Source: Candidatus Peregrinibacteria bacterium
Lineage (GTDB): Bacteria > Patescibacteriota > Gracilibacteria > Peribacterales > Peribacteraceae
Direction: 5' to 3'
Assembly (NCBI GenBank): GCA_018648865.1
Contig: JABGQH010000004.1
Span: 72,961-136,960, forward strand
DNA: 64,000 bases
Shown here: positions 1 to 8,155 of the stretch, in pieces
Layout of the letters: each line of letters starts with the position of its first letter
How positions within the stretch are numbered: position 1 is the first letter of the stretch
The notes under the pieces: model-generated
Database searches by the model: none
The model's input: the letters and a program-made list of their open reading frames with translations, nothing else
Told to the model about the DNA's origin: nothing
Program-made: the position numbers and the translations under genes

Positions 1-731
1 ATGAGGTTATGGAGAGAGCAGGCAAAGGATTGCTTGGAGGAATAAAGAAAAGGAAATTAAGTAAGATCTTCCATGATTTAAGGACATGGGACGCAGAGGC
101 AGCAGATAGGCCAGATGTATTACTGGCAAACTCTGAAGAAGTTAAAAGAAGAATAGAGCTGTATTGGAGAAGGGAGTCCGAAGTAGTAAATCCACCAATC
201 GAAGACTTTTGGTTTGAAAAAGACCTGCGACCTGCGACCTGCGACCTTAGCCCCTTCCTAATCGTTTCTACCTTAACTTCTTACAAAAACATAGATATCG
301 CAATCAAAGCATGTAATCAACTTGAGTTACCACTAACAATAGTTGGTGAAGGACCAGATAAAAAAAGGTTAAAGAAAATGGCAGGGCCTACAATCAAATT
401 CCTAGGATACAAAAGTAATGAGGAAGTACGAGATCTATACACAGAATCCAAAGCAGTTCTATTTACCTGCAATGATGATTTTGGGCTTGTACCACTAGAA
501 GCAAATGCATGTGGGACACCAGTAATCGCAATTGATAAAGGTGGTGCGAAAGAAACAGTGATAGATGGAGAGACCGGAATCTTCTTTAACGAATCAACAA
601 GTGACTCATTAATTGAGGGCATACATCGATTTACTAAAATGAATTTTGATTCAGAAACTTGTATAAATCATGCAAAAGGATTTAAACGTGAGGTATTTGA
701 AAAAAAGATATTAGAAATAATTAATCTGTAA
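1..731 (+). CDS. Glycosyltransferase family 4 (GT-B fold), 5'-truncated by the window edge
   Basis: The C-terminal domain matches GT4 sugar-donor motifs (LTIVGEGPDKKRL...FGLVPLEANACGTPVIAIDKGGAKETVIDGETGIFF). The frame stays open to position 3, so the N-terminal domain lies upstream of the window. Confidence 0.8.
   Translation, partial: EVMERAGKGLLGGIKKRKLSKIFHDLRTWDAEAADRPDVLLANSEEVKRRIELYWRRESEVVNPPIEDFWFEKDLRPATCDLSPFLIVSTLTSYKNIDIAIKACNQLELPLTIVGEGPDKKRLKKMAGPTIKFLGYKSNEEVRDLYTESKAVLFTCNDDFGLVPLEANACGTPVIAIDKGGAKETVIDGETGIFFNESTSDSLIEGIHRFTKMNFDSETCINHAKGFKREVFEKKILEIINL
222..246 (+). repeat. In-frame tandem heptanucleotide repeat (GACCTGC) x3.5 inside the glycosyltransferase gene
   Basis: Direct reading gives gacctgc gacctgc gacctgc gacc. 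It is GC-rich against an AT-rich background and encodes DLRPATCDL in the inter-domain linker. Confidence 0.9.
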
Positions 732-747
732 GTGCTACACTTAAATC

Positions 748-1188
748 ATGAAGCCAGAAACAATTGGATTAATCATAGGTGGAGTTGTTCCTGCGTTTGC
801 ATTTGGAATCTCTAACGTATTCATGAAAGCTAGTACAAAAGGTGGAATATCTGTTGCTCCTTATTTGCTTATTTCTGCGTTGGCATTACTAACAGTTGCA
901 ATAATATTGTTTGTTTTTACAAAAGGAAATTCTGTTTCTTTTCAATCAGGAGCATATGCATTCGTAGCGACTTTCATATGGGGACTAGCAATCGCTAGTG
1001 CGACCATTGCTCTTAGCTCCTATGGAGTAAGTTTGAGCAGAATAGTACCTATATTTAATATGAATACACTTATATCTGTATTGCTAGCTTTATGGGTATT
1101 TGCAGAATGGAAACAGGTAAAAGTCCCACAACTTTTAATTGGAACATTATTAATAATGGCTGGAGGAATAATGGTTGCAAAAAGCTAA
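748..1188 (+). CDS. Small polytopic membrane protein, DMT/EamA-like half-transporter (possible lipid-linked sugar flippase)
   Basis: 146 aa, almost entirely hydrophobic helices. It starts 17 nt after the glycosyltransferase stop. Family assignment rests on size and topology only. Confidence 0.4.
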   Translation: MKPETIGLIIGGVVPAFAFGISNVFMKASTKGGISVAPYLLISALALLTVAIILFVFTKGNSVSFQSGAYAFVATFIWGLAIASATIALSSYGVSLSRIVPIFNMNTLISVLLALWVFAEWKQVKVPQLLIGTLLIMAGGIMVAKS

Positions 1189-1467
1189 ACAGAATATTTT
1201 GTTGTTTCTAAATTAATATCTAACTATACACAAATACTTCTGTGCACCTTCTTCTCCAACTTTTACGTAAAACTAATTCATTACATGTTCATTTTTTGTC
1301 TTAATACAAAAAACGAACCAAAAAAAATCAAGGCAAGCACAGACTCGTTCGTCGCATACTTGCTAGATATAAGTTTGACTCACAGAGACAAGTCATCTGT
1401 TCGTGTATCACTAAAAACTATGCTTTGCTCCTCACTCAAACAAATGCGCTTGCCATTTTGTCTTTCA

Positions 1468-1498
1468 CTTAAAGCTTACAGCTTATAGCTCAAAGCTA
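1468..1498 (-). repeat. Heptamer array copy 1 (CT TAAAGCT TACAGCT TATAGCT CAAAGCT A), 2 nt downstream of the ruvB stop
   Basis: Read directly from the sequence. The same about 32-nt array recurs at 45329, 58163 and 61753 in the same orientation. Confidence 0.85.
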
Positions 1499-1500
1499 AT

Positions 1501-2526
1501 TCAAGCTGCAACACTCAATTTCCCAAGCATCTTATAAGCCCTCTCAGTCGCTATTCTTCCCTGAGCAGTTCTTTGTAAATACCCAGATTGAATTAGATAT
1601 GGTTCATATACATCCTCCAAAGTTTCTTGCTCCTCTGCAATAGAGGCACAAAGAGTAGATAGCCCGACTGGCCTACCGCCAAATTTTTCTACAAGAGAAT
1701 GAAGTATTAAACGATCGGTTTCGTCTAATCCTCTTTCGTCTATTCCAAGTGACATCAGTGTGTCTTTGGCACGCTCTAATGTGATTGTTTTTTCGTCTCT
1801 AACTTGTGCAAAGTCTCTTACAGATCGTACCAATCTATTTGCGATGCGAGGTGTTGCCCTACAACAACCAGACATAAAGGCTGCTACACCATCTTCTATT
1901 TTTACATTTAATATATCGGAACTCCTCTCTACTATTTTTTCCATCTCTGGAAGAGAATAAAAATTAAGTTTATAAGTATGAACAAATCTATCACGAAGAG
2001 GTGCACTCATTCCTCCTGCTTTTGTTGTAGCTCCTATTAGAGTGAATGGTTTTAGATCAAGACGCATAGATCTAGCAGTTGGGCCTTTTCCTATTACTAG
2101 ATCCAAAGCGTAATCCTCCATGGCGCTATAAAGTACTTCTTCTATAACTGGTCTCATTCTATGAATCTCGTCTATAAAAAGTACGTCACCCTCTTTCAAA
2201 TTTGTTAATAGAGAAGCCAAGTCCCCCGGCTTTTCTATAGCTGGCCCACTAGTTGTACGCATCTGTGCATTCATCTCGTGTGCAACAATGTTTGCTAGGG
2301 TTGTTTTACCAAGCCCAGGTGGTCCATAAAGCAATGTATGTCCCATTGGCTCGCTCCTTTTCCTAGCAGCCTCCATATGAATTAATAGATGTTCTTTTAT
2401 TTTTCCTTGCCCAACATACTCAGCAAGATTCTTTGGTCTAAGTGTCTGCTCAAACACATCATTATCTTTAGTAGATTTTTTTGGACTTACAACTGATGCC
2501 TGCTCTGTAGTTCTTTTTATTACCAC
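1501..2526 (-). CDS. ruvB: Holliday junction branch migration helicase RuvB
   Basis: AAA+ Walker A motif LYGPPGLGKTTLA, Walker B motif VLFIDEIH, and RuvB-type N-terminal region and C-terminal winged helix along the full length. Confidence 0.95.
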   Translation of the reverse strand: MVIKRTTEQASVVSPKKSTKDNDVFEQTLRPKNLAEYVGQGKIKEHLLIHMEAARKRSEPMGHTLLYGPPGLGKTTLANIVAHEMNAQMRTTSGPAIEKPGDLASLLTNLKEGDVLFIDEIHRMRPVIEEVLYSAMEDYALDLVIGKGPTARSMRLDLKPFTLIGATTKAGGMSAPLRDRFVHTYKLNFYSLPEMEKIVERSSDILNVKIEDGVAAFMSGCCRATPRIANRLVRSVRDFAQVRDEKTITLERAKDTLMSLGIDERGLDETDRLILHSLVEKFGGRPVGLSTLCASIAEEQETLEDVYEPYLIQSGYLQRTAQGRIATERAYKMLGKLSVAA

Positions 2527-2577
2527 GTAAATATAATAACACGAGACTCAAGAAAATTATGCTACAATCCAATTTAG

Positions 2578-3222
2578 ATGGATAAAAAATCTCTCATGAC
2601 TAGAAATAATAGGATTATAATTGGTGTTTTGGCTGCAATTATTGCAATTGGAGCTATAGATTTATTGTTAATAGAAAAAGACTGGGTTGTATCTGAAAGA
2701 AAGAAGATCGCAGAACAAGAAGAACCATATGTACCAGTTCTAACAATAGATGAACCAAATCAAGTTATTGAACCAACGGAGGCAGGAATTCGCAAAAGAC
2801 AAGAAATTAACGTATTGAATGTGCTTCAAGCATTAGAATTTGAGGCAAAAGAGACAGATGAACTTACACTCATTAAACAAATAATCCCAAATGACTTAGC
2901 TCAGGTACACGTAATAACCCTATTAAAAGATGGGGATAGAGCAGGAAGTGTAGCTTGGTCTGATTCTATGGAGGTTAAAACATATTTTTTGGCGCTAAAA
3001 GAGGCATTGCACACGACTTTTTCTCCTCATATGAAAGATTTGGTAGATGAAACACAACAAAGAGAAGGAAAGCCAACCAGAAATATGCTCACTTTTAAGG
3101 ACCCATTTATAAGTGAAGAAAGAATAGTATTTGTAAGAATTAGAGAGAGAATATACGAATTCCACGTAGCTGAAGGCATGGACGACGAAATTTTTGAGTT
3201 AGTTGAGACAGTGTCTGAGTAA
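2578..3222 (+). CDS. Hypothetical N-terminally membrane-anchored protein
   Basis: 214-aa ORF with one N-terminal TM helix (IIIGVLAAIIAIGAIDLLLI). No recognisable motifs. Confidence 0.5.
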   Translation: MDKKSLMTRNNRIIIGVLAAIIAIGAIDLLLIEKDWVVSERKKIAEQEEPYVPVLTIDEPNQVIEPTEAGIRKRQEINVLNVLQALEFEAKETDELTLIKQIIPNDLAQVHVITLLKDGDRAGSVAWSDSMEVKTYFLALKEALHTTFSPHMKDLVDETQQREGKPTRNMLTFKDPFISEERIVFVRIRERIYEFHVAEGMDDEIFELVETVSE

Positions 3223-3279
3223 AAGGAAGTGAAGGAAATTATTGACGCTACTGCACCATATACGTACAGTATCGCGCGC

Positions 3280-3702
3280 ATGGCAAAAAAGATTGTAAAA
3301 CTCATCAAAGTGCAAGCAAAAGGAGGGCAGGCAAATCCTGCACCACCACTTGGTCCTGTTCTAGGACAAGCTGGTGTAGATATAAACGCTTTCTGTTCAC
3401 AATTTAACGAATCAACAAAAGACAGAATGGGACAGGTAGTACCTATCGAAATAACAGTATTTGATGACAGATCATTCTCTTTCATACTAAAACAACCACC
3501 TGCAGCTAACTTGATATTAGAAAAAGCAAAACTAAAAAAGGGAAGTGGAGAACCTAACAAGAACAAGGTTGGATCACTTAATAAATCACAACTAAAAGAG
3601 ATCGCCGAGACAAAAATGCCTGATCTAAATGCTAATGACGTAGAAGGAGCAATGGAAATTATTGCTGGAACAGCCAGAAGCATGGGCGTTACTATCGAAT
3701 AA
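3280..3702 (+). CDS. rplK: 50S ribosomal protein L11
   Basis: [33 protein letters not shown]... is the canonical L11 N-terminus. Start set at the ATG giving MAKK rather than the upstream GTG at 3229. Confidence 0.95.
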   Translation: MAKKIVKLIKVQAKGGQANPAPPLGPVLGQAGVDINAFCSQFNESTKDRMGQVVPIEITVFDDRSFSFILKQPPAANLILEKAKLKKGSGEPNKNKVGSLNKSQLKEIAETKMPDLNANDVEGAMEIIAGTARSMGVTIE

Positions 3703-3813
3703 GCTAACCCTTGTCTCATCACAAAGTGTAAACAAGCGCAACGTATTTAAGATGCGCAAAAGGAATGAAAGCCGTAGGCTGTTTTTAACCTTTCTAAGTA
3801 CCCAAACGTCGCC

Positions 3814-4524
3814 ATGCCAGATACACCCCTCTTCTCCGCCATGTTTAGTTTTGTCGGAATGATGTACGGAATTTTAGTTCCGCTAACAATAACACTCGTG
3901 TTATCAACAGTTATAGGAGCAAGTATGTTACAAAAAGACGCTCGTCCAAGAGAAATAGCTCAAAGTCTATTTTGCTATTTAATGATGTCACTTGGAGTTT
4001 TACTTATGAGTGCAGGTGCTTTGCCAACAATAATTAGTGTTCTTGCCGGTGTTAAATTATCTGGAGCAACTTATTTCACACTATTAATAGTTTTTTCTGC
4101 AGGAGGAATGCTGTTTTTGTGGAACGATGCACTTGTTCATGCAATTCCAGAACGTTCTAGAATGGTTCCAGAAACAATCTATATATATCTATTTAGAATT
4201 ATTGGACATTTGCTTCTATTCCTATGGCTACTCTCTTTAGTTGTTTCTATGCTAAACGGATTACCAGAAGAAAAAGGATGGTGGATCATGCCAATCATAA
4301 TGATCATTTATGGAGGACTATTTGTATGGTGCACAAGACCAGATACAGACGAAAACTACTTTATAGCCTCATGTTGTAAGAAAGGTCACATGTTTACTAC
4401 TACAAGCTGCGCACCAAAGAAAACAATTAATAAAGTAGTGATTGCCAAAAAAGCTGCCCCAAAGAAGAAGGTAGCAACAAAGAAGAAGGCACAGCCTAAG
4501 AAAGTACGCAGCAAAAGACGATAA
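3814..4524 (+). CDS. Polytopic membrane protein with a histone-H1-like Lys/Ala/Pro-rich C-terminal tail
   Basis: Several hydrophobic helices followed by KKAAPKKKVATKKKAQPKKVRSKRR. It is inserted between rplK and rplA. Confidence 0.6.
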   Translation: MPDTPLFSAMFSFVGMMYGILVPLTITLVLSTVIGASMLQKDARPREIAQSLFCYLMMSLGVLLMSAGALPTIISVLAGVKLSGATYFTLLIVFSAGGMLFLWNDALVHAIPERSRMVPETIYIYLFRIIGHLLLFLWLLSLVVSMLNGLPEEKGWWIMPIIMIIYGGLFVWCTRPDTDENYFIASCCKKGHMFTTTSCAPKKTINKVVIAKKAAPKKKVATKKKAQPKKVRSKRR

Positions 4525-4619
4525 AATCGTTGCATTAAGGCATATTACTGCATTAGGATCCTTTTACTTATTTGTGGGAGTCAACATTTTGACACTAGTA
4601 CCACATTCCCAATTTTATT

Positions 4620-5330
4620 ATGACAAAGAAGGATAAAAACAAGAAAATCGACAAACGTGCTAGAGGAAAGAAATATAAAGAGAAAGAGGCTCTAATTACA
4701 GAGAGTTCATATCCTGTTCCACAGGCTATGGAGCTTTTAGAAAAAATAAGTACAACATCATTTGATGCTACTGCAGAAGCTCACTTCCGTATAAATGCAG
4801 ATACTACTCAAGCAGATCAACTTGTTAGAACAACTGTTACTTTGCCACATGGAACAGGTAAAAAGGTAAGGATCGCAGCATTTGTAAAAGATGATCAAAT
4901 TGAATCTGCTAAAAAGGCTGGTGCAGACATTGCAGGCTACGAAGATCTAATTAAAAAAGTAGAAGGAGGAGAAATTAATTTTGATATTGCAGTCGCAGTT
5001 CCAGAAGTAATGAAAGATCTAGGTAAAATTGCTAAAACGCTTGGACAAAAAGGATTAATGCCAAACCCAAAAGCTGGAACAGTTACAAAAGATATTTCCA
5101 AGACAATTGATGAGCTAAAGAAAGGACGAGTTGAATGTAAAATGGACAAAGATGGAATCATCCATGTGGCTTTTGGAAAAATTTCTTTTGGTGCAAAAAA
5201 GCTTACAGAGAATTATGAAATTCTTATGTCAGCCATTAATGAAGCTAAGCCAGTAGGAATAAAAGGAGTATATATTCAATCTATTGCAATCACTCCTTCT
5301 ATGGGTCCATCAATACACGTAGAATTTTAG
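4620..5330 (+). CDS. rplA: 50S ribosomal protein L1
   Basis: Conserved L1 blocks VTLPHGTGKKVRIAAF and KGLMPNPKAGTVT, with typical length. Confidence 0.95.
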   Translation: MTKKDKNKKIDKRARGKKYKEKEALITESSYPVPQAMELLEKISTTSFDATAEAHFRINADTTQADQLVRTTVTLPHGTGKKVRIAAFVKDDQIESAKKAGADIAGYEDLIKKVEGGEINFDIAVAVPEVMKDLGKIAKTLGQKGLMPNPKAGTVTKDISKTIDELKKGRVECKMDKDGIIHVAFGKISFGAKKLTENYEILMSAINEAKPVGIKGVYIQSIAITPSMGPSIHVEF

Positions 5331-5333
5331 TTC

Positions 5334-6299
5334 TTAAACTTGCGAGAGTATTTGTTTTACCTCTTCAACTGATTCAACACGAACTAGTTGAGATCGTAAT
5401 ACACTAGCTCCATCTATACCTTTTACGTAGCCTGCCAAATGCTTTCGCATTTCTAGCATTCCTTTGCGCTCCCCTTTTGTTTTAACAGACAGCTCACAAT
5501 GAGAGATTATAAATGGGATTTTTTCTTCAAAGGATAGACGCTGTACAGACGGAACGTCTGGAATCTTTCCGTGAATAATTGCATCTGCGATATCACGCAT
5601 TATCCAAGGATTGCCGAATGTTCCCCTACCAATCATTACTCCATCTAAGTTTCCTAATTTGTTAACTGCATCTTTTGCGCAATTAATATCACCATTACCT
5701 ATAACTGGAACACTTACATTTTTCTTTAACTCATAAATGGGATCCCAATTAGATTCACCAGAAAATTTTTGAGTATACGTTCTACCATGAATAGCCAAAG
5801 CATCTGCACCTTCTTCTATTAAAGATTTACAAAATGGTATTAGCTCGTCTTCACTCTCCCAACCAAGCCTTGTTTTTACGCTAACTGGAATAGATACAGC
5901 CTTTTTAGTAGCAGATACTATCTGCCTTGCTAGGTTTACATCCTTCATTAAAGCAGAACCATGACAAGAAGAAACAACCTTGGCAGCAGGGCACCCCATA
6001 TTTATGTCAATTCCATCTGCACCCATTTCTTCTATTATCTTTGCAGCAGAAAGAAAATGCTCAGGATCTTTACCAAAAATCTGCACAATGAATGGACGCT
6101 CTTTCTCTGGATCAAAATTAATCATCCCCATAGTTTTTTTTGCTCCATAATGAATTGCATCTGTACTTAAAAATTCTGTATAAACAACTGTTTCTGGTGC
6201 CAACAGTTTAATTACCTGACGGAACGATGCGTCAGTTAATCCTGCCATTGGTGCCAATGCAACGATTGGTTTAGTGATTTTATCCCAACAGAAATCCAT
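5334..6299 (-). CDS. tRNA-dihydrouridine synthase (Dus family)
   Basis: Motifs ALAPMAGLTDASFRQ, DINMGCP and HGRT are typical of FMN-dependent Dus enzymes. Start moved to internal Met27 (ATG at 6299). Confidence 0.9.
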   Translation of the reverse strand: MDFCWDKITKPIVALAPMAGLTDASFRQVIKLLAPETVVYTEFLSTDAIHYGAKKTMGMINFDPEKERPFIVQIFGKDPEHFLSAAKIIEEMGADGIDINMGCPAAKVVSSCHGSALMKDVNLARQIVSATKKAVSIPVSVKTRLGWESEDELIPFCKSLIEEGADALAIHGRTYTQKFSGESNWDPIYELKKNVSVPVIGNGDINCAKDAVNKLGNLDGVMIGRGTFGNPWIMRDIADAIIHGKIPDVPSVQRLSFEEKIPFIISHCELSVKTKGERKGMLEMRKHLAGYVKGIDGASVLRSQLVRVESVEEVKQILSQV

Positions 6300-6407
6300 A
6301 TATTTATAGTAAGCTAGAATGTGCAGACGCAATACAATAAAACTATTTATCTTTCTTGTCATCTCAACTCTACTCATAAATCAAAAATTTTCCGCATAAT
6401 AAGCCCA

Positions 6408-6770
6408 ATGAAAACACTAACAATCCGAACTATAGGAATCAGCTTTCTAACAATTCTACCTACTGTTGCTATTGCACAGGGTCTTATATCTGCAGATGTC
6501 GTCGAATGTAGTTTTGCTACAGGCATGTTATCTGCTGAGTGCGTACCAGCATTTATTTCTTATGTGATTAAGTTTATCTTTGCGATGATAGGAGGAATTG
6601 CGCTTGTACAGATAATTATATCTGGATACCAAATTGCTTTAGCAAAGACAATGGGTAGAGATAGAAGTGAAGGGTTAACACGGCTTCGTGTTGCCATTAT
6701 TGGATTTATACTTTGCGCATTCTCTTGGTACATTGTCGACTTTATTGTTTCTTCCCTTGCAGGAATATGA
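6408..6770 (+). CDS. Small secreted two-TM protein, VirB2/TrbC-like (T4SS pilin-like)
   Basis: Signal peptide (…LPTVAIAQG), a Cys pair, then two long hydrophobic helices separated by a short charged loop (GRDRSEG). The call rests on architecture only. It has a 4-nt ATGA overlap with the next gene. Confidence 0.45.
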   Translation: MKTLTIRTIGISFLTILPTVAIAQGLISADVVECSFATGMLSAECVPAFISYVIKFIFAMIGGIALVQIIISGYQIALAKTMGRDRSEGLTRLRVAIIGFILCAFSWYIVDFIVSSLAGI

Positions 6771-8017
6771 CCTCACAGAAAAAACCTCAGAATCATTTTA
6801 CTTCTCTACGCATTATAGGAAAGAAGGCCCAAAACATGATTGAGCGTGCCAAACAAACTAGCGACAAAGAGAGAAAGAAATCCAGTAGCTCTAAGCTACC
6901 AAAGAAGGAAACATTAGAAGAAGTGCTCGCTCATATATCTGTGTTAAGTATTGTGAAAGGAACATTCGCAATTCTATTTATTATTATTGGTGCATATGCT
7001 CTGTATCAAACAAGAGACAAAGTGATTTTACTGCTTTTTGCAGTTTTTCTTGCAGTAGTAATAGATCCAGGAGTTCAAACATTAGAAAAATGGGGAGTGC
7101 CACGAGGAGTAGGTGTAATAATTCAGTATTTAGCATTCCTATTTTTATTCTTTTTCCTTGTTCTGTCTCTTATCCCAATTATTGCTAATCAATTAAGAGA
7201 AATAGCAGTACTCTTGAGTGTAAAGGTAGATACGTTCCTAGCTAATCCTCAAATAGATCTCCCATTGCTTTCCAACCAACTTAATGAACAACTAACTGCC
7301 ATTTCTCAAACTACACTACAGAACTTAGAAATAGATAAGTTTACAGATGCACTAGAGCAACTCAGTAGTCAGCTTTCTGGAGCAGCATCTCAATCAATTC
7401 TATATGCAGCTAATCTGGCAGGGTCAGTACTCAAATTCTTTGTAAGCTTGGTTATCGTTATGGTACTTGCATTCTTTATCCAGCTTGAAAAAGAAAAGAT
7501 TATTAACTGGGCAATAGGATTCTTTCCAGATAAATACAAAATGTACCTAGATAATAAGTCAGAAGCTATTCACACAAAAATTGGCCAATGGGCAAGAGGT
7601 CAAATGATGCTTAGCTTAAGCATCTTCTCATTAACCCTAATTGCTTTAATTATATTAGATATAGATTACGCACTTACTTTGGCAGTACTTGCGGGGTTCT
7701 GTGAACTTATACCCGCTGTTGGACCATTCTTTGCGGCTATACCTGCTGTACTTATTGCAGCAACAAAAGGTGGAATGCTGTGGATGCTAATTATTGCAGC
7801 AATGTATTACGTAATTCAGTGGTGTGAAAATAATCTTCTTGTTCCATTAATCATGAAACGAGCTGTGGGACTTTCTCCTATTGCTATCTTATTTGCGATG
7901 TTAATTGGAATTAGTTTCCCAGATATTATTCATCCAATACTTGGTGTAATGCTAGCAATACCTGTAACCACCATAATAACTATCTTTTTGGAAGATTGGA
8001 GAAAACACGGAAAGTAG
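6767..8017 (+). CDS. AI-2E family transporter (PerM/UPF0118)
   Basis: Polytopic protein with the family-typical C-terminal block ELIPAVGPFFAAIPAVLIA...YVIQWCENNLLVPLIM. Confidence 0.85.
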   Translation: MTSQKKPQNHFTSLRIIGKKAQNMIERAKQTSDKERKKSSSSKLPKKETLEEVLAHISVLSIVKGTFAILFIIIGAYALYQTRDKVILLLFAVFLAVVIDPGVQTLEKWGVPRGVGVIIQYLAFLFLFFFLVLSLIPIIANQLREIAVLLSVKVDTFLANPQIDLPLLSNQLNEQLTAISQTTLQNLEIDKFTDALEQLSSQLSGAASQSILYAANLAGSVLKFFVSLVIVMVLAFFIQLEKEKIINWAIGFFPDKYKMYLDNKSEAIHTKIGQWARGQMMLSLSIFSLTLIALIILDIDYALTLAVLAGFCELIPAVGPFFAAIPAVLIAATKGGMLWMLIIAAMYYVIQWCENNLLVPLIMKRAVGLSPIAILFAMLIGISFPDIIHPILGVMLAIPVTTIITIFLEDWRKHGK

Positions 8018-8098
8018 ATAGCGATACCACTTTTTATCCATTCCTACCACTCCCGCAAGTGATCAAAATGTGATAGAGTATTGCGAATACTAGACTGT

Positions 8099-8125
8099 TT
8101 AGCACTCATGGTGATAGACTGCTAG
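8099..8125. promoter_or_regulatory. CIRCE-like inverted repeat (HrcA operator candidate) upstream of clpC
   Basis: TTAGCACTC-N9-GACTGCTAG compared with the CIRCE consensus TTAGCACTC-N9-GAGTGCTAA (9/9 and 7/9). It lies 31 nt upstream of the clpC ATG. Confidence 0.5.
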
Positions 8126-8155
8126 TTCCAAGCATTTCTTCATTCCCCTACTTAA

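Noticed and set aside
317-622. Antisense or alternative-frame ORFs from the track that lie inside well-supported genes. Examples are 317-622, 1760-1960, 3027-3722, 4937-5161, 9205-9486, 12233-12646, 17180-17473, 22758-23036, 26835-27206, 28729-29433, 31419-31757, 51245-51595, 56509-56850, 59257-59688 and 63182-63466.
   Set aside because: Each is fully embedded in a gene with strong family motifs on the other strand or in another frame. Their translations are low-complexity (Ser/Leu/Ile/Phe-rich), as expected for shadow ORFs in AT-rich DNA.
1285-1488. 67-aa ORF in the gap downstream of ruvB.
   Set aside because: Its 3' end is formed by the heptamer repeat array (…SLKAYSL). It has no start context and no recognisable features, so it is more likely non-coding.
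8030-8045. Isolated DnaA-box-like 9-mers (TTATCCATT near 8033, TTATCCATA near 14043, TTATCCACC near 41575), considered as an oriC signal near gyrA/dnaX.
   Set aside because: These are single, scattered and imperfect, and partly inside coding sequence. There is no cluster and no adjacent AT-rich unwinding element.
8018-8155. CtsR operator (tandem GGTCAAA heptads) upstream of clpC.
   Set aside because: No GGTCAAA-type direct repeat is present. The only convincing symmetric elements are the CIRCE-like repeat and an AGTATT/AATACT palindrome.
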